In this document: positions 13,269 through 20,000 of the stretch, one piece after another
How the letters are laid out: every line of letters starts with the position of its first letter
Numbering within the stretch: the first letter of the stretch is position 1
Virus record (IMG/VR): IMGVR_UViG_3300011334_000440
Strand: one strand, 5' to 3'
DNA from: an uncultured virus (IMG/VR IMGVR_UViG_3300011334_000440)
Taxonomy: Duplodnaviria; Heunggongvirae; Uroviricota; Caudoviricetes
Length of the DNA: 20,000 nt
The notes under the pieces: model-generated
Databases searched by the model: none
What the model saw: the letters and a program-made list of their open reading frames with translations, nothing else
What the model was told of the DNA's origin: nothing
Made by a program: the position numbers and the translations under genes

Positions 13269-13717
13269 CTCTTTGAATCCCAATACCCAATATATGTTTT
13301 ATACTTAAGTCCGTCTGGCGGGGTGGGGGCTGCGGTTGGGGTATAATTTGGTAGACCCGTGTCTAGGGGAAAGCTGTAGGTAAATCCTTCCTCACCCCAA
13401 GGCGGGGATATAACTGCTTCTGCCGAAACAAGAATCCTATCTCCTTGGGACAATTGAGCGAATTCCCTCCACTCCCCATTCACATATGATCTTACTACTT
13501 TTGGCTCTCCGTATCCGGATACAGACTGTTTTGTTTGGAACCACAACCTCCCCTGATTCGTAGCTATTGGGGCCAAATCACTAACAGTATAAGACTGCGG
13601 GTTGCCGGGAATATTAAGCGTTGTGTAACCAGCGACAAGATTCAAGAGGGGCTGAATTGTAGGAGGGTAACACGTATTTGCCGGCACGGTTGCCATAGTT
13701 AGGGGATATTCGTTCAT
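13265..13717 (-). CDS. Small tail-associated protein, paralogue A (150 aa)
   Basis: Tandem paralogue of 12806..13231, located inside the tail gene cluster. Confidence 0.75.
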   Translation of the reverse strand: MNEYPLTMATVPANTCYPPTIQPLLNLVAGYTTLNIPGNPQSYTVSDLAPIATNQGRLWFQTKQSVSGYGEPKVVRSYVNGEWREFAQLSQGDRILVSAEAVISPPWGEEGFTYSFPLDTGLPNYTPTAAPTPPDGLKYKTYIGYWDSKS

Positions 13718-13734
13718 AAATTAGACTATAATGT

Positions 13735-14424
13735 TTAGATTTCTGCTGCAAGAAGTTTCCAGTTTCTTTGGGATCCGCTAACACATACACTTACCTCTTT
13801 TGGAGTATATCTTAGCCCATCTGGACCTATAATTTCTGGACCGGCTTGGTAAAAAGTTTCCTGTCCTCCGCCAAGACCTAATATTAAATGAGTTTCGTTT
13901 AAAGTTACTCCCCCAATGCTACCATCCAATTTTAATTCTGTTGGTGTGATAGACCACTCATCGTTTCCTGATTTACCTTTTAATCCTGTTATGCCGTCTT
14001 TTAAAAAAATCCCATCACCACTCGCGTTTGCTACAGTATCAAACCAGTTAATACTGCCTATTGCACCACCATTACAATCAGTACATCCAGAGGCTACTTT
14101 GCTGGCGAACAAAAGTGGTGGTTCTGGGTAATTATCGGCTTCAGGTGGAACGCATTGCTTACAAAAGTTAGAACTCGCTCCGCTTACGGGTACAGGAGCT
14201 GGCCCTGGGGCTACAACTTCGGGGGTCGGAACTTCTGGATTGCTTCCCGGGGGTGGCGTCGGATCTGGGGGAGTTACGGTTGGAGCATTATTGACTGGTC
14301 CAAATTTTTGTGGAGCTACGACGCGATTAAACCCAGGCAAAATAAGAAGATCTACGGTTCCTCCACCAAAACCCGGTAAACCGGAAGGAAGCGGATCTCC
14401 AGAATACTCCAATCTATCAGACAT
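13735..14424 (-). CDS. Pro-rich virion protein with two CxxC motifs and a beta-rich C-terminus (possible needle/spike), 229 aa
   Basis: Starts 1 nt after the nozzle gene stop. Contains a Pro-rich linker, CKQC, CTDC, short beta-strand-like segments and the C-terminus EVSVCVSG..WKLLA. Confidence 0.65.
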   Translation of the reverse strand: MSDRLEYSGDPLPSGLPGFGGGTVDLLILPGFNRVVAPQKFGPVNNAPTVTPPDPTPPPGSNPEVPTPEVVAPGPAPVPVSGASSNFCKQCVPPEADNYPEPPLLFASKVASGCTDCNGGAIGSINWFDTVANASGDGIFLKDGITGLKGKSGNDEWSITPTELKLDGSIGGVTLNETHLILGLGGGQETFYQAGPEIIGPDGLRYTPKEVSVCVSGSQRNWKLLAAEI

Positions 14425-14425
14425 A

Positions 14426-16360
14426 TTAACATTCTCCTAGGTCGCTGATATCTTTCCTAGAAGCATGGAATTTAAAAATCGCAAGTTTTGCGTATCCAAT
14501 CCAAGATACTCTAGGCTGAAACAAATAACCGAATCGGGCTTTCCTAGATACACCGATCACACAGGAATCTGATGGCTTTACTGTGCGAATCGTCCTATAC
14601 CCCAGACCAAGATCGGGCGGAGAACACGAATCTAATTCATTTGTTTGCGTGTCGAAATCAATAGTCCCGCTTTGGATTGGGAAATAAGACGGATAATAAT
14701 CTGGAGTAAAATCGAGAGCCCAAGAAACAGACCCGTAAATATCTGAAAAACTAATATCAGCTCGGACTAGTTCTTTAATTTCGTCCGGGGATTGAAAAGC
14801 CATTCTTCGGCATTCAACTTGGGCGGATACGGGAATAGAGGTTGTTCCATTCTGTCCATCTGGAACAGTGTCTGAATAGTCATCTGTAGTGATTTCATAC
14901 AATGCATTGTTTCCATCAGAGCCGCAGACTAAAGCAAAAGCTCTGCGGACTCCTTCAAAGTTGCCGACAACAAATTTACAAACCTGCAACCCAGTCCACT
15001 CTCCATCATAAACCGGTGGATAGTTTCCTTCATACACTCCTGGATTAAAATCCTGCGTTATAATTTTTGTAAAGACAATGTTGTAAGAGGAAGAACTTCC
15101 GTTCACTTTTTGAATTTTGGGGGTGCAGGCATATAATGCTCTGTAATCAAAATAAGCGGCTGTTGATAAATTCACCCACCGCTCAGTATCATAATTAATG
15201 ACTCGATCGGCCTCAACGCTGTCAACAAGGGTTACGTTAGCACTTTTTGAAAATTGTATAGTTTGAACTAGTGATCGAATACCATCCATCGACCGGAAAT
15301 AAACATCGTTATTTGTAACAACCATACAATCTGGGGAAGCGCCTCCCCCGTTGAGAAACATTTTTCTTTGCATTCCGGGGGTAGATTGCCAAAGTGTTCT
15401 ATCGAAAATATTTGCCCGAATAGCGGAAACCTCATTTTTTGTAAATACAATCAAGTCTCCTTGTCCGGTCGAGGTGTCTGATCCGGGTAGAAAGGTAAGA
15501 CCCGTGATCTCCGAGTCAAAGGAAAAGCTTCCTCCGCCGCTTAAATACTGTGTTTCCGAGAAGCGCACTTCAGATCCTTGATAGCTTCCAGCTAAATCTC
15601 CAGCGAATAATTGATTTCCATTGGCTACCCACAATCGACCATTCCCAAAAGCCATGATGTTACCAACTGGAATTGCCACATTTACTTGAAGGGGGCCCGG
15701 GGGAAAAAATTTGACCGTTGCGAGTGCAGTTAAAGTGCAATTTTTGCTGAGTGTAATTGCAGTAGAAGTATCAACTGAAACAATAACTGTATTGTCTTGA
15801 ATCCCTCTGGCCGCCTGTACTAGCATTCCCGGGAATAACCCAGCCGTCGAAGATACATTGACTCTTGGGTTATTTATACCCATCGTAATTTCAAGCTCCA
15901 CGTAAGAGGCTAATTCTTCTAATATATTCTTTGATCGGAAAGAACTAGCTCCTGTGTAAACAATCGCTGGATTTACGCCGTCCTGAGTTACTAGATAATT
16001 ATTTGCTGAAATCATTGATGCTCGTCTTGATACATAATTATTTGTTTCTTCCGCTGGAGTAATATCAAGAACAGCTGCACTCGATTCTGTTGCTTGAACA
16101 TTGTACAATCGCCCATCAATGAATGCTACTAACTCTTCGGTGGATGGAGTTTTAAAATAAGAAGCCGCCTGAATGACGCCATTGGGTAGGGCTTTCACAA
16201 ATCGAAATCCAGGACGTGTTTTTGGGTATCCCCCACGAACACATACATTTACCCCCCAGGAATATTGATTTGGCGGGAGAAGGGCGGGATCAACGCTAGA
16301 ATTCGCACCACCGATGAAGGTGGCGATACCTTCCATCAGGCGATTTGGATCGTTGATCAT
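14426..16360 (-). CDS. Putative tail nozzle / stabilisation protein (T7 gp12 / P22 gp10-like beta-propeller), 644 aa
   Basis: The N-terminus GGANSSVDPALLPPNQYSWGVNVCVRGGYPKTRPG is characteristic of these proteins. Propeller-blade-like motifs follow (MAFGNGRLWVANG, EITGLTFL, DLIVFTKN, NNDVYFRSMDGIRSL). Size and synteny fit. Confidence 0.75.
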   Translation of the reverse strand: MINDPNRLMEGIATFIGGANSSVDPALLPPNQYSWGVNVCVRGGYPKTRPGFRFVKALPNGVIQAASYFKTPSTEELVAFIDGRLYNVQATESSAAVLDITPAEETNNYVSRRASMISANNYLVTQDGVNPAIVYTGASSFRSKNILEELASYVELEITMGINNPRVNVSSTAGLFPGMLVQAARGIQDNTVIVSVDTSTAITLSKNCTLTALATVKFFPPGPLQVNVAIPVGNIMAFGNGRLWVANGNQLFAGDLAGSYQGSEVRFSETQYLSGGGSFSFDSEITGLTFLPGSDTSTGQGDLIVFTKNEVSAIRANIFDRTLWQSTPGMQRKMFLNGGGASPDCMVVTNNDVYFRSMDGIRSLVQTIQFSKSANVTLVDSVEADRVINYDTERWVNLSTAAYFDYRALYACTPKIQKVNGSSSSYNIVFTKIITQDFNPGVYEGNYPPVYDGEWTGLQVCKFVVGNFEGVRRAFALVCGSDGNNALYEITTDDYSDTVPDGQNGTTSIPVSAQVECRRMAFQSPDEIKELVRADISFSDIYGSVSWALDFTPDYYPSYFPIQSGTIDFDTQTNELDSCSPPDLGLGYRTIRTVKPSDSCVIGVSRKARFGYLFQPRVSWIGYAKLAIFKFHASRKDISDLGEC

Positions 16361-18204
16361 GAGGACGCAATTGCTTTGGTTACCAGTACCCCCACATTAT
16401 AAACTTGAGCGGTCCCAACTGCGTTAGATGTTCCGTTTGAAATTACAACCGTAACTACATCTGCCGCGCTTACATATCCAAACAATGTGGTATAAGTTGG
16501 ATTATTGGCTGGAACACTGGTATATGTCACTTGCACAAAATCGCCAACCTCGGCGTCTGTTACGGATATGGTAAAAGAATTTACCGAATTAGCGCCGGGG
16601 TCAATTGAGCTGGAGGCTCCTGTTGCGTATTTAAATTTTGTTAGGGTGGCATTTGAATCCCCCGCGGCAGCAATACGAAACCCTGAGTCTGATTGAGTAA
16701 TGCCAACAACATCTAAGGCTGTAGCGGGAGAAGCTATATTGATGCCCACTTTATGATTCGTAGTATCTACAATGAAATTATCTGAAGATACAGTGAGATC
16801 TCCAGAGATATTTGCATCTCCCGTGACGTCTAAAGCGGCTGTTGGGTTTTCCGTATTTACTCCAAGACCAACTCCAGGTTTTGCATATAATAAAGTTCCT
16901 ACATTTACATTGCCCGTAAAAGCGGCCGTACCATTTACATCTAAAGTTTTAGAGGGCGTGGAATCATTGATTCCAACTCTAGTATTAGTTGTATCAACTT
17001 GTAATACACCGCCCGCGACTGACACATCCCCAGATACGCCGAGGGTTGTCAGGGCAGAAGCTCCGCTAACAGCTAAATCTCCGGTCACATCTAGGGCAAC
17101 GGTGGGGGTTGTTTTATTAATGCCAACAAAATTTCCGGATACGTCCACTTTAAGAACATTTGTATCAACTGATAGATTTCCACTAATTGCTGTAGCCCCA
17201 ACAACATCAAGAGCAACTGTTGGGGTTGTTTTATTAATGCCAACAAAGTTTCCGGTTGTATCGACTTTAAGAACGTTTGTATCAACAGCTAGGTCTCCGC
17301 TAATCGATGTAGCTCCCGTGACATCCAGCTCGACTGTTGGCGATGCTGTTTTAATTCCAACACGGTTTGTAGTAGCGTTGACAATCAGGGGGACTCCGCT
17401 TGATGCCCCAAGAACTTTCAAAACTTCTACCCCGTTCGCTCCGCTTGGATTAACGAGCAGAGTTGTCGTTTGAGCCGCTCCGTTAACGTGAAGTAATTTG
17501 GCTGGGGCATTTGTTCCAACCCCAACCCTACCGGTTGCACCATCTACAACAAAAGTTTGATCGGATATAGAAGACTCAACAACAAAATCAGCACTACTTC
17601 CTGAAGAATTGACGGTTGCGCCAACCGTGAACTCAGCGGTCTGCTGGGCTCTAAAAGTTCCATTAACGTCCAAAGAAGTTTGTGGAGAGCTGGTAAGAAC
17701 ACCAACTCTGTCTGAACTACCCTCTGTAAATAGTAAGTATTGTTGTCCGTTTCCTTCTACCCTAAAATCAAACGAGCCACTATTTTCGTTGACCGTTACA
17801 TTCCCGTTTAATTGTGAAGGTCCGTTTACTGTTAATTGGGTGAGTGGATCCGAATACGTGGCGGAAGCGGATGGAGAAACCTTCAAACCAGAGTCAACTG
17901 TTTCGCCCTCATTTATCCCGTCTGTTCTTACCAGATCAGTATTTACTTCGTTTGTTCCGCCTAAAGAATTTACTGTATAAAACCCTGCCCCAGAAATATA
18001 AATTGTCTGCCCGACGGCAATCCACGCACTCTGAGCAACAGTGAAGGTAATTGGGTCACCAACTGCTGGCTGGGTAAAGTCTGCGGCTACAGTTGTAAAA
18101 GCATTGATCCCGTTGGTGCCGTTCGTGCCGTTAATACCAGCAAGACCCTGAGGTCCTGGGGCTCCGGCTTCTCCAACAACAAGTGTATTACAATCGCAGC
18201 TCAT
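16357..18204 (-). CDS. Tail fibre protein with a short collagen-like stretch and eight VGI..P...LDVxG repeats, 615 aa
   Basis: Gly-X-Y stretch GEAGAPGPQGLAGINGTNGTNG; eight repeats of the type RVGINxxxPxxxLDVxG; AAGGAG RBS upstream; ATGA overlap with the next gene. Confidence 0.85.
   Translation of the reverse strand: MSCDCNTLVVGEAGAPGPQGLAGINGTNGTNGINAFTTVAADFTQPAVGDPITFTVAQSAWIAVGQTIYISGAGFYTVNSLGGTNEVNTDLVRTDGINEGETVDSGLKVSPSASATYSDPLTQLTVNGPSQLNGNVTVNENSGSFDFRVEGNGQQYLLFTEGSSDRVGVLTSSPQTSLDVNGTFRAQQTAEFTVGATVNSSGSSADFVVESSISDQTFVVDGATGRVGVGTNAPAKLLHVNGAAQTTTLLVNPSGANGVEVLKVLGASSGVPLIVNATTNRVGIKTASPTVELDVTGATSISGDLAVDTNVLKVDTTGNFVGINKTTPTVALDVVGATAISGNLSVDTNVLKVDVSGNFVGINKTTPTVALDVTGDLAVSGASALTTLGVSGDVSVAGGVLQVDTTNTRVGINDSTPSKTLDVNGTAAFTGNVNVGTLLYAKPGVGLGVNTENPTAALDVTGDANISGDLTVSSDNFIVDTTNHKVGINIASPATALDVVGITQSDSGFRIAAAGDSNATLTKFKYATGASSSIDPGANSVNSFTISVTDAEVGDFVQVTYTSVPANNPTYTTLFGYVSAADVVTVVISNGTSNAVGTAQVYNVGVLVTKAIASS
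17086..17330. repeat. Approximately two copies of a 117-bp (39-aa) tandem duplication in the tail fibre
   Basis: ggggttgttttattaatgccaacaaa occurs at 17105 and 17222. The protein unit is LDVxGATxISGxLxVDTNVLKVDxxGNFVGINKTTPTVA. Confidence 0.9.
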
Positions 18205-18214
18205 TTAGTTCTCC

Positions 18215-19279
18215 TTATTTGTAAAATATAACTCTGCAAAAACCATTGGCTCCAGATCCACCAGCCCCGCCCGAACCGGAAGAATTACAAGCCCCTCCGC
18301 CACCCCCACCGCCGCCGGGTTGAGCTCCAGCTCCCCCTGTTCCGCCAGAAACTCCAACTGAAGTTGAAGAGCCTCCTCCGCCCCCTCCCGTCCCACAAAC
18401 AACAAAGAAAGAATTTGAAATTTGAGTTACAGCGGCTCCATTTGTTCCGTTTGAGCCACCCACAGCCCCACCCGCAGAACTTGTATTGTTTCCGCCCAAT
18501 GTCCCCGCAGCTCTACCCGCTGCCCCCGCAAAAGCGATATTTGTTGGAGACGTATTATCAATTGATCCTCCGGCCCCTCCTCCTCCCGCGTAAGAACCAC
18601 CCGCGCCATCTCTGCCAACCCGTAAAGTTGTACTGTCTCCACCAACTCCGCCAAGACCGACGTTGGGACTTGCTCGATCGGCAACACCAACCCCACCGAC
18701 TCCACCGACTCCACCAGCTGCTCTCACAACTTTTGAGGCACCAGAAAGAGTAACAACTGTTTGGCCGCCATCAGTGCCCGCGGTTCCGTCCCCAACAGCA
18801 ATGGGAGCGCCAGATCCTCCGGCTGTTATAGTTACAGCTATTGAGGTTAAACCGGTAAGAGAACTGGTTGGGAAGTTGACATCAACATAATCTCCTGCCC
18901 CACCACCTTGTCCCCCAAATTTATTGTTCCCAACTGTCGTATTTTTCCTTCCACTTCCACCGCCACCTCCTGAACCAACTGCTATAACTCGCAAATATTT
19001 ATAGGCGCTTAACTGAGTTGTTATTGCTAATGATCCGGAACTTGAAAAATCAGTAACACTTATTGATCCAATGTTTACGGAGGATTGCAACGTAGTAACG
19101 GAAGATTCCAACGCGGTAACGGAAGATTCCAACGCGGTAACGGAAGATTCCAACGCGGTAACATCATCATTTAAAGTATCAAGTTGAGCCTGAATTGTCG
19201 CAGGTGGGGGAGTAGTATTGGCCCCGGCTGTTCCGCAATCGCAATCTCGGGCGTAGTTGTCGGGATTAGGAAAACTCAT
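18215..19279 (-). CDS. Gly-rich fibre/appendage protein with an N-terminal coiled coil, 354 aa
   Basis: Heptads VTALESS x3 are followed by a glycine-rich domain (YLRVIAVGSGGGGGSG...GGGGGGGG...GANGFCRVIFY) of the kind common in phage fibres. Confidence 0.85.
   Translation of the reverse strand: MSFPNPDNYARDCDCGTAGANTTPPPATIQAQLDTLNDDVTALESSVTALESSVTALESSVTTLQSSVNIGSISVTDFSSSGSLAITTQLSAYKYLRVIAVGSGGGGGSGRKNTTVGNNKFGGQGGGAGDYVDVNFPTSSLTGLTSIAVTITAGGSGAPIAVGDGTAGTDGGQTVVTLSGASKVVRAAGGVGGVGGVGVADRASPNVGLGGVGGDSTTLRVGRDGAGGSYAGGGGAGGSIDNTSPTNIAFAGAAGRAAGTLGGNNTSSAGGAVGGSNGTNGAAVTQISNSFFVVCGTGGGGGGSSTSVGVSGGTGGAGAQPGGGGGGGGACNSSGSGGAGGSGANGFCRVIFYK
19095..19162. repeat. Perfect 21-bp tandem repeat (3.2 copies) encoding coiled-coil heptads
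   Basis: gtaacggaagattccaacgcg occurs at 19095, 19116 and 19137, followed by gtaac. A degenerate fourth copy lies at 19074-19094. Confidence 0.97.
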
Positions 19280-19286
19280 CGCAGTG

Positions 19287-19314
19287 ATTATGCCTGTCTA
19301 TAATTATGAGTCAA
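19287..19314 (-). promoter_or_regulatory. Putative sigma70-type promoter for leaderless mRNA
   Basis: TTGACT (19314-19309), 16 nt, CATAAT (19292-19287), 7 nt, then ATG 19279. No Shine-Dalgarno site is present. Confidence 0.5.
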
Positions 19315-19321
19315 GCAATCC

Positions 19322-19714
19322 CTACTTGAGAACTTTCCAATTATCCCGCCATTTGCAGTTGGGTTCCATATAGATGGACTTGGTGCGGGGGAGCTTTTCC
19401 CTCGGTATAATAAACATAGCATCCAAAGTTGTATGCAGAAATATGAATACGTCGCAGTCTCCTTTAGTATATAACCTCTTCTGCATATGCCCAAAACCTG
19501 GACCACGAATAGCAAAGAACTTTAACTTTCTCCTGCGACAGTCATCGCTTCCGCCCGTGGTTTTAACTTGGACGCGTACCATCCTACCTTTCCAATCTGT
19601 AACCAAGTCATACCCATCGTCATAGATGGGTAGGCTTACAAGAAAGCCCTGCTCCATCAACTTGGTGGAAACCTTTTGTACACCTATTGCTCCTAGTCTA
19701 ATATTGTTACTCAT
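19322..19714 (-). CDS. PD-(D/E)XK endonuclease of the group I intron-associated (PDDEXK_5 / I-Ssp6803I-like) type, 130 aa
   Basis: G..G..KV...LMEQGFLVSLPIYDDGYDLV......VRVQVKT and the later YTKGDCDVF match this family. It has an AAGGAG RBS and an ATGA overlap with the lysin gene. Confidence 0.85.
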   Translation of the reverse strand: MSNNIRLGAIGVQKVSTKLMEQGFLVSLPIYDDGYDLVTDWKGRMVRVQVKTTGGSDDCRRRKLKFFAIRGPGFGHMQKRLYTKGDCDVFIFLHTTLDAMFIIPREKLPRTKSIYMEPNCKWRDNWKVLK

Positions 19715-20000
19715 AACCAGCTCCTTGCGAGTATTGTACCAAGGGGTCGACGCTTGCGATAGACCCCATCCCCATCTCTACTACCATCGTCGTTCGTATT
19801 ACCCTCTATCGTTACAGCCCACTTTCCTTCGACTTTTTCGATGATACCCGTATGAGCCACGCGTTTAAGACTTTGAAAATAAATCCCAAAGGCATCGGCT
19901 CGATCTGGCTTCTTTCCGCGACCTCTGTCCCATGTAGGACTTTTAACGAAATCTGGGCTCCAAGCAGATCTCGGGAACGGGTTCTCTTTCTTGCCGAACG
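19711..20000 (-). CDS. CHAP-domain peptidoglycan hydrolase (probable endolysin), C-terminal part; 5' end beyond the window
   Basis: Manual translation gives ...AFGIYFQSLKRVAHTGIIEKVEGKWAVTIEGNTNDDGSRDGDGVYRKRRPLGTILARSWL*. The HxG and TIEGN motifs of CHAP are present, with the His at 19852-19854. The catalytic Cys would lie upstream of the window. This ORF is not in the ORF track. Confidence 0.85.
   Translation of the reverse strand, partial: FGKKENPFPRSAWSPDFVKSPTWDRGRGKKPDRADAFGIYFQSLKRVAHTGIIEKVEGKWAVTIEGNTNDDGSRDGDGVYRKRRPLGTILARSWL

Noticed and set aside
17086..17330. 117-bp repeat pair as a possible DGR template/variable repeat
   Set aside because: The copies are adjacent, in frame and mid-gene. 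Differences are not confined to adenines, and there is no reverse transcriptase in the window.
19095..19162. Short direct repeats as a possible CRISPR array
   Set aside because: The units are head-to-tail with no spacers and encode in-frame heptads.
19280..19720. Group I intron around the PD-(D/E)XK endonuclease
   Set aside because: Flanking genes are complete and there is only about 40 nt of non-coding sequence, too little for a ribozyme core.
206..19844. Numerous plus-strand ORFs in the track (e.g. 1169..1807, 7508..8011, 16772..17473)
   Set aside because: They are antisense shadows of long minus-strand genes, with Ser/Leu/Pro/Thr-rich composition and no recognisable motifs.

Overview
This window is the virion and lysis module of a tailed dsDNA phage, most likely podovirus-like with a short tail and ejection proteins. 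All credible genes are on the minus strand and tightly packed. In transcription order (right to left) they are: CHAP-family peptidoglycan hydrolase (5'-truncated), free-standing PD-(D/E)XK endonuclease, Gly-rich fibre with a perfect 21-bp heptad repeat, collagen/VGI-repeat tail fibre, tail nozzle-like protein, Pro-rich CxxC protein, two tandem paralogous small tail proteins, head-tail adaptor-like protein, two ejection-type proteins, and a giant ORF. The giant ORF starts at ATG 8961, runs off the window at base 1 (>2,987 aa), and is absent from the supplied ORF track. My manual translation shows it is a polyvalent protein. It has an N-terminal Gly-rich hydrophobic region, a possible degenerate sigma70-like module, a Strawberry-notch-type SF2 helicase, a zincin-like domain with EExxH in place of HExxH, and a long helical C-terminus. 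A candidate overprinted 88-aa gene with a perfect AGGAGG site lies in the linker just before the helicase. Several genes appear to have sigma70-like promoters positioned for leaderless mRNA. All family assignments come from motif recognition by eye; no database searches were run.
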